A DNA stretch of 64,000 nt from Trichoplax adhaerens. Lineage: Eukaryota; Animalia; Placozoa. The notes under the pieces are model-generated. The model had not been told where the DNA came from and searched no databases. It saw only the letters and a program-made list of their open reading frames with translations. The stretch spans positions 12,392,568 to 12,456,567 of the forward strand of contig NW_002060943.1 of NCBI RefSeq assembly GCF_000150275.1, in the 5' to 3' direction. The position numbers and the translations under genes are program-made. Positions 53,815 to 64,000 of the stretch are shown here, in pieces; positions within the stretch are counted from its first letter, which is position 1, and each line of letters opens with the position of its first letter.

Positions 53815-56587
53815 TCATCTGCCTAAAAGTTCGTTTTGCTAAAGTATATCCTTGCCACTTACGAATGGAAATCTATATTAATGTAAACCTTTTATAAATT
53901 TAGCTGTGCCATTATGAATCGGTGGAAACCTAATCGGTTGGCTGTCATCACACTCATGGCTGCTACCTCCATCACATGAACGCGCCTGAAATTCCTTATC
54001 TATGCAAATGCGTATGTCGAAGAGATACTGGCCATTATCACCCTGAAAACATCATAGAAAATAGTTAACAAAATTGGCACAGTTCTTCATATCTACTCTA
54101 GAAATTTAACAACCAACTAACTTGTAAGCAGTCCACAATTGGTTCAGTATTGTACTGTTGCCCGATGGCTTGTTTAATGTCACTCAACTAAATACGAGTA
54201 TAGCATAGAGTTTTGCATGTATACTGTTAATAATCATTGCATAAAGCAGATAGCAAGATTGCTCATAAATATGGCTAGGGAAGCGTTAACAACGGAAAAT
54301 GAAACATACCATGTATTGCCGGTTGTCTGATGGAACAATGTTTGCATCATAAAGTGCACTAATAGGAATAAATTGTACGTAACAAAGACGTCATTCTTAC
54401 GAGATCGGTATTAATGAAATTAATGAGCGTGAAATGGTAGGACAACAAAACAGTCAATACAATTCTAAACTAACCTATCAATATTAAACTTCTTGTTGAG
54501 CTTCAGTGTTGTCGAAAAGAATTTTAATTCATCTCCCAATGCTGCTAGACTCATGGCACAGGTACCATGCTTAGTCCATTCGTGTTTCCTTTAATTTAAT
54601 TTTTTTCAAATTACAAATATACATGGATACAAGGTAACTCTAATATTTGCATTTTATCCGCTCTATTTCACTACAAGAAATACTGAATCAAAATCTATAA
54701 TATCAATACCAAAATGACGAAGGACTTTCATCACTGTATAAATTCGGCCAAAATCGATCAAGCATAGGGATTAGACTCTATCACATCAACGATAATAGTA
54801 TTAGTAGTCGTGAAACAGTGCCAAGGTACTTCACAAATCCACAAAATTCGAAAACGTCATACCTTTATTTTATTAACATCGAATTTATCGTCATCATTAC
54901 AGTAATTAGGGCCTTCAGTGTGTTCCTTAGTCGGCCTAAAAGATAGAAAGGAGCGACATAGCTAAATAATTAAATCGGTGCGGTTATTTCTACTTCATCA
55001 TCGTGAAAAGTTTATTGCATTAATAATAACCATAATCCATGGATTGTCCAATTATGAACCACGTTCGGCACAGAGCAGTCATGTCTCTGAGCATCCTGCC
55101 GTATAGATACAAATATAGGCACAAGTTAACCAGTTAATAAAGCATGATTGCGTTTGCTATACTGTTGTAATCGAATGGATACTGTAGAGGATGAATTTGT
55201 ATGATACAAATTGGATAGCATTTAATTTAAATTTAGACGGTTTGACATTGGAGTAATATACTGTGCAAATTCTTAGCATCGTTATAAATCTAAAATTCTC
55301 ATTTCGAATCATTAGGTTCATAGATGACATTGATGGAGATTAGAAATTTTACATGAAAGACAATATATATCAGTGAAACGATGCCATACTGCAGTATCAA
55401 TGGATAGTTAATTCGTTAATAATAGCTCCATGGTTGGTAATGATGTAATCGACCTTGTAACGAACATATTCCATATCTACTAATTTAGTAATCTTACCGG
55501 AGACATACATGCTACAGCTGGCCATTCTCTTACAAATAATAGATAATCCCAGCTATGATCGTGTGAATGGTGCCTGTTAACCAAAGTATTTCTACAACAA
55601 ACAGCAGTAGTAGTAAACCATCGTTGTCAATATCATATCATAATAGATAACTCGAAAGTAATTAAAAGGTTATTTTTATATCCATTTCTCCTAGACTATA
55701 CAGTCTTATAATTATCGTACCATTACCAACAATTACTGGAAACTTAAAAATATAAATGTCCATTGTAAGCTCATTATGCTGAATGGAAATAAATTGTTGC
55801 CTAAGTAAAACTATGTCACTACAGTAGATACTGTAAGTAATACATTTCGGCCATTAGTAATTCTTATATTTTATCGTATTTCTAAATAATCTGCATGCGA
55901 GAGAATGATCTATAAGAAAACTTTACCTCTTATACGATGTCGCAGTTGCTACCAAACAGCAAAGCAGAATTGCTGCTAAGGCTAAATCGAAAGTTTATGG
56001 CAAGATCGTCCGAGTCATCAGAATTATTTTTAGGTGGCAAGAAAGACAAATATATCTTAGTACTGTGTCATAATTGATAATAAGAGGGTATCAACTGATT
56101 CAAATATCCTACTAGCATACTTTAGATCAATCGTGCAAAAGCGTAATCTCGTTCTAAAAGATGAAACGCTCGATGTCTACTTAGAATTGATTAAATTAAT
56201 TATTGTACAGCGTACACTGTACTCTGTACAGTATTTGGCAATCACTGATTGAGCGATTTTTGTTCCAACTCATACAGCTTGTCTAATTCTTACATACTGT
56301 AGTATTGGTGATAATTTAGGCTAATATTGCTGTTCCAAAAAATACAGTCGATTTTTGATACTTTCGTATCGGTGTAGTAGTAATGAAGGAGAATCAGACT
56401 CGCATCATCCTGAATTGGTTTATTAGCAAAAGGAGTAGCATAAAATAACCCGTCATTTACTACCAAGTTTCATCAACATTTCTATCAACAGCTTTGACAG
56501 GATTGAAAAATGAATCAGCCATTGCAAGCAAGATCGACGATATGAAGACAGGATGGAAAACTACTTACTTTTTCCAACAGTCGCCAT
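53815..56587 (-). CDS. RNASET2: Ribonuclease T2, secreted/lysosomal (~254 aa)
   Basis: Exons 56587-56569, 55981-55927, 55591-55498, 55095-55031, 54935-54863, 54777-54710, 54588-54475, 54358-54310, 54187-54122, 54042-53889 and 53822-53815 total 765 nt in phase. The last mini-exon is uncertain; read-through would stop at 53878. Signal peptide MATVGKTLAAILLCCLVATATS; CAS I WTIHGLWP; CAS II FWKHEWTKHGTCA. Confidence 0.93.
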
Positions 56588-56842
56588 TTATTTCTTATTC
56601 AATCCCTTCTTCGATGACAACAATGTCAATAACCTGAACTTGAGCGGTAAATATTTAGGCTTGTCTAGTAAACTGTATAACGGAAAGTTACGCTAGGTTA
56701 AGGTCGCCTTGGGTTTAGTTCTCCTGATGATCATATGATTGATGACAGTACAGTACAGTACTGTACTGAGACCACTATAAACACAATTACAGTACCTGCA
56801 TGTGACTAATGGTATAAAGAGACAATTGCGAAACTCGCTGTC

Positions 56843-56961
56843 GCCTACGACCACATCACGTTGAATACACCCGTTCTCGTCTGATCACGGAAGTTAAGCA
56901 ACGTCGAGTGAGGTTAGTACTTAGATGGGTGACCGCTTGGGAATACCTCATGCCGTAGGCT
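56843..56961 (+). rRNA. 5S rRNA (copy 1)
   Basis: GCCTACGACCACATCACGTTGAATACACCCGTTCTCGTCTGATCACGGAAGTTAAGCAACGTCG...GTTAGTACTTAGATGGGTGACCGCTTGGGAATAC...GTAGGCT, 119 nt. TATA-like GTATAAAG at about -30; downstream T-run at ~56975. Confidence 0.98.
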
Positions 56962-57054
56962 CCTCAATCTAAAATTTTTTTTAAATTGCACAAGCATGAA
57001 GATCGCCGCTAAAAGCCAGCTGTATAAAACGAAGAAAGAAATGGAATTTCTGAT

Positions 57055-57242
57055 ATAGCGATTGATTATCCAAGCTGGCTGATGAAGTAGAACATGTAGC
57101 TTCATTTAAGTCCATAGCAGGCGTATCGCAGTACGTCAGTCCGCGCCTCTTATTCTTTTTGGAGAAAGAGAACATCAAGCAGATTTGCGTCGAAACCAAA
57201 CTATGGACAGGCGTAGAGGTGCAGCTTAGCCCTAGCTATTTT
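57055..57242 (+). ncRNA. Unassigned structured small RNA candidate between the two 5S genes
   Basis: Six nested helices (see findings), TATAAAA at 57023 (-32), and TTTT at 57239-57242 immediately after the terminal helix. Confidence 0.55.
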
Positions 57243-57575
57243 GCACAATATGTTTTGTACAACTTCGTTTAAGCTGTCCTACTGATACATTAAACATATA
57301 TATTGATATGCCTAACAAAATCGCGTCAGATAGCACGATTTCTTATTTTTTTTCTTCATTTACGCATACCATTATGAGTAGTCCCTATCAATATACCATA
57401 CGTAGGTCTATAATTTAATATATCAATAGGACTATAAGTAGGATTGGTTCAATTAAAATCAAGTGTATAAAGTAATTAGACCAAAATCGCTGTCAACAAA
57501 ATATCAGTAAACAGTACAGTACAGTGTAGAGTATAGTGAAAGTGACTACCATAATTGAAAACAAAAACGAAGGGG

Positions 57576-57694
57576 AGCCTACGGCATGGGGTATTCCCAA
57601 GCGGTCACCCATCTAAGTACTAACCCCACTCGACGTTGCTTAACTTCCGTGATCAGACGAGAACGGGTGTATTCAACGTGATGTGGTCGTAGGC
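57576..57694 (-). rRNA. 5S rRNA (copy 2, convergent with copy 1)
   Basis: The reverse complement matches copy 1 except at two positions. Upstream TATA-like GTATATAA on the minus strand; downstream T-run (plus-strand AAAAA at ~57563-57567). Confidence 0.98.
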
Positions 57695-59144
57695 GACAGT
57701 TGAAGAACAAATTATAATTATATACTATTCAAATCATCTTGTTAAATCTTTTGTATAGAAATTCCTAATAATAAGAAGAAGTACAGGTAAATCGATTTAC
57801 AAGATAGAATTATTATTTTGAAAAATTTATCTTTACAATTCACTTGTTAGTATTATCCGTAGCTTACTATTTCGACTCCTGAGCTAATTACAGTGATTGC
57901 ATCCGGAGATACCTGCCCGGCTGTACACTATTGTAGTGATGCAACCATATTTGACTATAAGGATGGCTATATTTGATATAGTTAGGTTACTCTGAATAGA
58001 TATTATCGAGAAGCTAATATTAGATGATTGCTAACTACTATATTAGAAATTGTCGATGACTAATTATAGCACAAGATTTATGTGGCTAGAAACACTGTAA
58101 TTGTTAAGATGCCCTTAAGGGGCTAGACGTTAACCTTAATAGAAGAGTAGTGACATCTGAAGTAGAATGATTTAGATTGTAGAAGATCGTGATGTACTAT
58201 TTGAGAAAAGTGCTCCGTTTGATGACTCATTTCTGATTGTAGATTAATCAAGTTGTCATAAATGGATTTAATGAAATGTACAGTATATAAGAACTGCAGA
58301 GATGAGTTCACGGGGGAAAAGAGACTGCACTTCACTTTGAGCTCGGAATACTTCAAATTTTAGACTAGATTCTTGTAATAATTAATTATTGCTCTACTAT
58401 TCCTAAAGCCTTTTAGAAAAATATCATTTGACTAAGATAGTTATTGTGAAACACTTTTATTATAACTATATAATTATAATTAATAGGAGATTGGGCTTGC
58501 TATCCAACATACAGTATTGCACGTGCAAGCGGCAATAGCAAAGGCGATGATCTATGTAAGCCTGCTATTCGGAACACAAGGATTTGTGTAAAAGTTATTT
58601 TTCAATTACGATAGCCAATTAGATTTATTGCTCAGAATTATAAGGGCCCGAAATTGGTTCTCATTCGCTTACTACTGTATCACATCGGCCAATATGCGAG
58701 CCCACTCAAAGTTTGTATATTAGAGCTTATTACTAGTACAAGCTCGATTAGCTATTTATCCCTGATAGTAGAACAATATTTACTAGCAGCCGGTATCATC
58801 TGATGATTGAATCAATATTATCATTATCATTTGGGTTTGACTATCGAGAATAATTTTACTGGTGATTTAAAGCCTAATCTCTTCAGCTAGGTTCGGATAT
58901 TCAAGTACAAAATACGCATGTGTGCCAGTAAACATCATTCGAGCGTTGCCAATTCGTTATACACAAAATCAAGACGTAACACAATGGATAATTGGGATTT
59001 GCCGTAAATGATATAATAATGATTTTAATTCATAATCATAAAATAGATGTTTGTCGATCATATCGATATAAGGAAGAATCCATTGTTATGCATGAGTTTC
59101 ATTAAATGGAACTCGTGCCTCAGGTAAGTACAGCATACGGGTAT

Positions 59145-61897
59145 CTAACTATTAAGAACTTTACGCGAATGAGCAGGCTCAGCAATCGCTAATTGTAACG
59201 GTAGTCCACCAACTTCCTATATAAATATCAAATTGAATATACTGCATCAATTCACAAAGTCATAACTCATCCAGTATTACTACTGTTTGTAACTACAACT
59301 GAAATACGAGAATTCGTAGAATTATTTTAAGTAAGTACTTCTCCATTTAATTCGTTCATTGCTTTCAAAGCACTTTCCGCGTTGTCATACTGAACAAATG
59401 CACTACCCTAGAACGAAATGTAGTATAACATGTCATCAGCATCCTGTCCTTCGCTATTGATTAATAGTACATAAGAAATGAATGATAAGAGCAGTACAGC
59501 GGCTCGGGGATATTGCTAGATTAACAACATTATCGTCGTTACTATGAGCGATACTTACGGTTGCTCTACCCTGCTTTTTTTCATTAGCTTTGACTTTCGC
59601 GGAACCATATTTGGCGAATATTAACATTAATGTAGCCATGTTGACATTGACACTGTAACGTACATACAACCTACGATTATCAGGTTCATAATACATTCCA
59701 AAAACACCGATATGACCAGTCACTCCGGTATTTCGTAGTTCCTTGCATACCAGCTTTAACTGTAAATAAAGTTTAAATGCATCTTTAAAAATATTTCATA
59801 TTTGACACGCTTCAATCGTAATAATTGTTACTGTACTTTTGCCTTTACTTGCTGCTTTGTTAGCCAAACTAAGCTATTACTAGCTTTCTTTAACCTATAA
59901 TAGTTACATCAACCTTATTACTCAGTAGCTATTTCACGTTTTACAATAGGCTCAGCAATATAATAAAAATATCACAGTTTGAACTGGAGCGGAGTTCTAA
60001 CCTTTCAATAAGATCAGCAGAATTGATTGATGACGACTTCAACGTAATCTTTTAGAATAATTATCGACAAGTCAGCACTTTTATATATTTTGTATATTTA
60101 TAAAACGGAAATTTAGCAAGACGTTATTATCATACTAGCCGAAAATGTAGCTGGTTTAAAGTAGTGGAAAGCGATAACAGTATACCTAATTATCCCAATT
60201 TGTATTGATTATCAATATAAATTTACATGCTTATCTCAAATCATAACCGAAAGAGGAGTATACAGTAATTGTTACTAAAGGTGATTCTTGCAAGAAATAT
60301 TTGAAATTAAACAGTGATTCTTACTTGTGTATTCGGTTTGCTTTTAGGATCATTTGAGCAATTGACCACATCCCATCTACTACGCTTTCTGAAAATAAGT
60401 TTATTTGAAGCGAGTTAAAATGTTAAATGCTACTGATGAGCTGATCAATTGATTAATACCATGATTACCTTTTCGGTTTATCTGCTGCATTATATATTAG
60501 ATCAGTATTAGATTCTTGAATGCTAACGGTATCTAAATCAATGTCACCTGTCTTTGCTTTTGTTACTGGCTGCTGATCAAGAAAACTTTTTCCCCAGCCT
60601 AACTGCATATTTCGTCCAAACAATTCGAAATCTTGCATACTACAACATTAATTACAAAAATCAAAGGTAAGTCTTAAGAGTTAATAATTCGTAAGAAATC
60701 ATTCCATGTTATAGTTATCATAGGTCATAATAAAATAGCAGTAGAATTGTTGAAGGTACCAAATCATTGCTTCTTCGGCTGATCTTCTGTTAGTAAATAT
60801 AACAAATCCGAATCCTCTAGGTAACTTAGTAGAGGGATTCCGAATAATATTTACCTATTTAAATAGATTGAAGTATAAAACAAGCGAAAATTTAAATAAT
60901 TTTAACGGTGTGAGAGAGAAAAACCTTAGGTGTACTAAGCTATTACCGTTATAGCAGCATTCTTGGAATCAAAAGGTTTAAAAGCTTCCCATAAAATATC
61001 TTTGGTAACTTGCACGGATAAATTTCTGACGAAAATGTTACAGTTTCCAGGTGATGACTGAATAGTGTGCCAAAGAGCAACATCGCGTTCGGATGAAAGG
61101 TATTGATAATCATGAACACTATAACTTTCACCAGCTTCATAAATCTATATTTTAGAATTGCAAGTCACAACAATGCATGTGTAGTCATTTAAACATCTAT
61201 ACCCTCGATTTTGCACACTTAAAATGATATTTATTATTAGATTGGCTTGCAATGACTAGTAAATTAATAGCACTGCATTGTTCTTTCCTTGCTGGTAAAT
61301 GTTCAAAAAGTATAAAATGTAACATGTAATATAATAACTAAGTTTTTTATCAGCTATTAGCTTTTCGGCCGTTACTTACGATGACTTGCATTTAAAGTAA
61401 TTGACTTCAATAATTTTTTTCTGACAACATTCATAACAAATTGAATTGCAATGACACAGAAAGTTAGATTGGTACTTTACATTAGGATCTGCTAAGGTAA
61501 TCATCGGTATCTGAGGCGGCAGAAATGGTTCTTGCTTCGGCAATGAAAATATGTATTGCTCCATTTGTTTTACTGAGCGTTCTTGATCTGCATCGGATAG
61601 CCCTAGAAATTAACATGGAAATTTGTAATATATTACAAAATAAATTGGACATAAATCGATCTCAAGAAAGATTTTTATTCGATTTTAAATGTATTGGAAA
61701 AAATTCGGATTTTACGTCATTCTATTACTTTTATTTGTGCTATTTCTTCTGTAGTAAGACTCAAGCTATGAGGAGAATCTGTTCTTAGCAATTTACAGCA
61801 TAAAGGGTTACTGAATAATAGTAATTACGGTAATATCTCTATACTGTAAACCGTTCGGGCTTCCTATATTTACTATGGACAAATAATCAATCACCAT
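59145..61897 (-). CDS. Two-RRM RNA-binding protein with a UHM-ligand motif (at least 376 aa; N-terminus may extend to ~62350)
   Basis: Exons 61897-61852, 61602-61481, 61144-60947, 60854-60760, 60639-60469, 60388-60325, 60048-60002, 59894-59849, 59759-59559, 59407-59339 and 59216-59145 total 1131 nt in phase. RRM1: NIFVRNL / RGFGFVIF / MQLGWGK. RRM2: RLYVRY / TGSAFVQY / ALKAMNELNGEEVGGLPLQLAIA. Linker KPKRKRSRWDV. Confidence 0.87.
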
Positions 61898-64000
61898 CTA
61901 CCATTCTGAAATATTAAAAGCAAGTACAATCATTTGCTAGATCTAGAGATGCGTATGACTTCTTCAGATACTACGTTTTGGTACGCGAAATGACTCTATT
62001 ACATAATGATTGTATTACTTATTGATTTTTGAATGTCGTTACGCCTGTAGAGGATAACGGGAGCCTTAATCGATTCTAGGCTACGTTTCATCTGAGGTGT
62101 AATCCTTTCTGACGGCGATCTGGCATTGATTGGACATTGAGATGTTCCCATTGTTTCTGCAAATTGTATGACGAAAAATCACGGTATCCCATAGAATAAA
62201 TATACGAGTCAATTTTAAGTTTCTGGCAATGACTGTATGCTAATTCAACATTTAGTTACATGTCACACAACAGCAGGCTTGAACAAGTTGTCACATCTAC
62301 CGTATGTATTCTTTACCTGAGGTTATGCTTTTATCAGAAATTGGTTTATCCTCTTTTGCCGTCATTGCCTCTGTGATAGATAAAGGTAACCTAGCAGCTT
62401 TGTTTGAACTTTGATTTACACCTTTTGAAATGATCAAGGAAACTATTCGTTAACTTTGGTATTTTGTTATCAATGTCGCTTAGGGTAGATTGTATTACTT
62501 AAGGCTATATTCGCCGCTATAATGACATTTTTTGATATTCATTGATACCGTACAAGTTGTAAGTTTTGTACTAGCTGCGAGAAATATCCTACAGGCATTT
62601 CGATCTTCTATAGTAGGTAACTTGCAAACGAACAACTGATGACTAACTTTATTCCTAAAATAATCTTTAATTTACCGATAAAGCATCTTGAAGCCAAACG
62701 AATATATTTATTAGCTGTGTTATAGAGTTGATCGATGTCTTGCAAAGGCAAAGAATGCATGATGTTTCTTTTACTCTATCCAATGCGAGATGTCCATTTT
62801 CGAGCACAGCATAGCCAGCATCTCAGCGTTAACAGTAAGTCTATCAGGAGCCGACTTGGAAGGAAAATTGAATTGAATTGAATTTATATGTGAAGTGAGA
62901 TGAGGATCTGTCCGGTTCTCTTGTTTGAAGTTCAACAACTTAATCCTGTACTGTACCGTAATGAGGATACAGTACTGTACATATGTACTGTACTGTAGAT
63001 GTTATGTTTATACCATAATCAAGAAACAGTTACACTGCAATGTATCGTACAGTACTGGACGGACGGCTTTCGGATCAATGTTGTGATTGTTGTCTATTGA
63101 CAGAAAAGTGAAGTTAAAATCGCCATGGCTTGTATTCCGATTTTTGGCATATCTTGTCTTATAAATAGTTCACTGTTTTACGTTAATGCGTGGCATTAGA
63201 GAATCCGGTGAGCATATTCATCACAAATAGACTTTAAGTGATAATATTGCAGCAATTCGATGAAGTTTTGCGATATGTACACTGTAAGTCTAGCACCAAG
63301 GAGTGTGTACAATACTGTGTGACAGTAAAAAAGTTGGCGAAAGTTCGCTATCTGTAGGACAGCGCTGAAGCTTAAGCAATCCTTCATGTCATGATACAAT
63401 TTATAGGTAGATGGCTTTAGCCAAGTAATACTAGCTAAGAACAACTAAAGCAGAGGGAGAGTTTAATGCTTTCAAATGGTTACGGTGATTGATTTGCTGA
63501 GCTTATTTATTCGTGACTGCGTCATTAAACGAAGCTAGCTTTCGTAACATTATTGCAAAGTAGAGTCCACTAGTACTGGTAGTACAGTATATTGAATAGT
63601 ATTATGGTGACTGGGATAGTTATAGAAAAGACATAGTATGTGTATACAGCTACATTAGAGAATAATTAATGAATTATAAAGAGAGAGATAGAAACGCTTC
63701 ATGATCACCACGAGTAATGATAGCTGACGATTAATGGAGAAGAGTTAGTGTTTATTTACAATATACCCTTTTAAGACTACAAAAATTTACTGTAAGGTAG
63801 CATTGCATGGTAATATACGATCAACTTGAACAGGACATTTAATTAATAATAATAACGTAGTTATTTATTTATGATTGCTTAACTAACCGCTAACTCCCGT
63901 CTACCCTGCCATACTTGTGTTGCTGTAATATTCGGGGCATGGTTAAGCGATTTGTGGGTAATTATATTAACAGTAAATAACAATCTTTCATACACAAGAA

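Noticed and set aside
55927-56018. Apparent in-frame TAA (MTRTILP*TFDLALAA...) suggesting an RNase T2 pseudogene or readthrough
   Set aside because: The stop is intronic. A 19-nt upstream exon (56587-56569, MATVGK) splices in phase to the AG at 55983-55982 and restores an intact signal peptide.
57171-57190. U11 snRNA-like ACATCAAG.AGATTT
   Set aside because: No U11 5' end and no Sm site after the motif.
57079-57200. Hammerhead ribozyme (CTGATGA ... CGAAAC)
   Set aside because: CUGAUGA is not followed by a stem II closing directly onto GAAA, and no stem III/NUH geometry can be built.
61940-62350. Additional 5' coding exons of the RRM gene
   Set aside because: An open frame (MGTSQCPINARSPSER...) and a donor near 62316 exist, but I could not find phase-compatible junctions, so they are left out of the model.
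63125-63207. First coding exon of a plus-strand gene (GCCATGG context, GTGAG donor at 63208)
   Set aside because: The ATG at 63125 stops after 24 codons. A short MRGIRES exon is possible, but I found no supporting downstream exon in the window.
870-63444. Most 60-100-aa ORFs in the supplied track
   Set aside because: They are either exon read-throughs of the spliced genes above, antisense shadows, or chance ORFs with non-ATG starts in AT-rich DNA.

Overview
AT-rich, compact-intron eukaryotic DNA. The gene content (kringle protein, class A GPCR, TTAGGG-type repeat) is metazoan, and the style is consistent with a placozoan such as Trichoplax (inference). I assembled eight protein-coding genes by hand from GT-AG splice sites with consistent phases: (1) the 3' part of a GRHPR-like glyoxylate/hydroxypyruvate reductase; (2) a ~1156-aa tandem-repeat disordered protein; (3) a secreted kringle + Thr-rich mucin protein; (4) an intronless neuropeptide-receptor-like GPCR; (5) a peroxisomal (SKL) enoyl-CoA isomerase; (6) a 70-aa ATP synthase subunit j/6-kDa-like microprotein with a 21-nt microexon, absent from the ORF track; (7) an RNase T2; (8) a two-RRM protein with a UHM-ligand motif. 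A ~30-kb gene desert (11.4-42 kb) is full of diverged local tandem duplications and holds one orphan 139-aa ORF. Two convergent 5S rRNA genes differ by one compensatory base pair. Between them lies the best novel candidate: a ~188-nt, multi-helix, apparently independently promoted (PSE-like + TATA ... TTTT) RNA that I could not assign to any known family.
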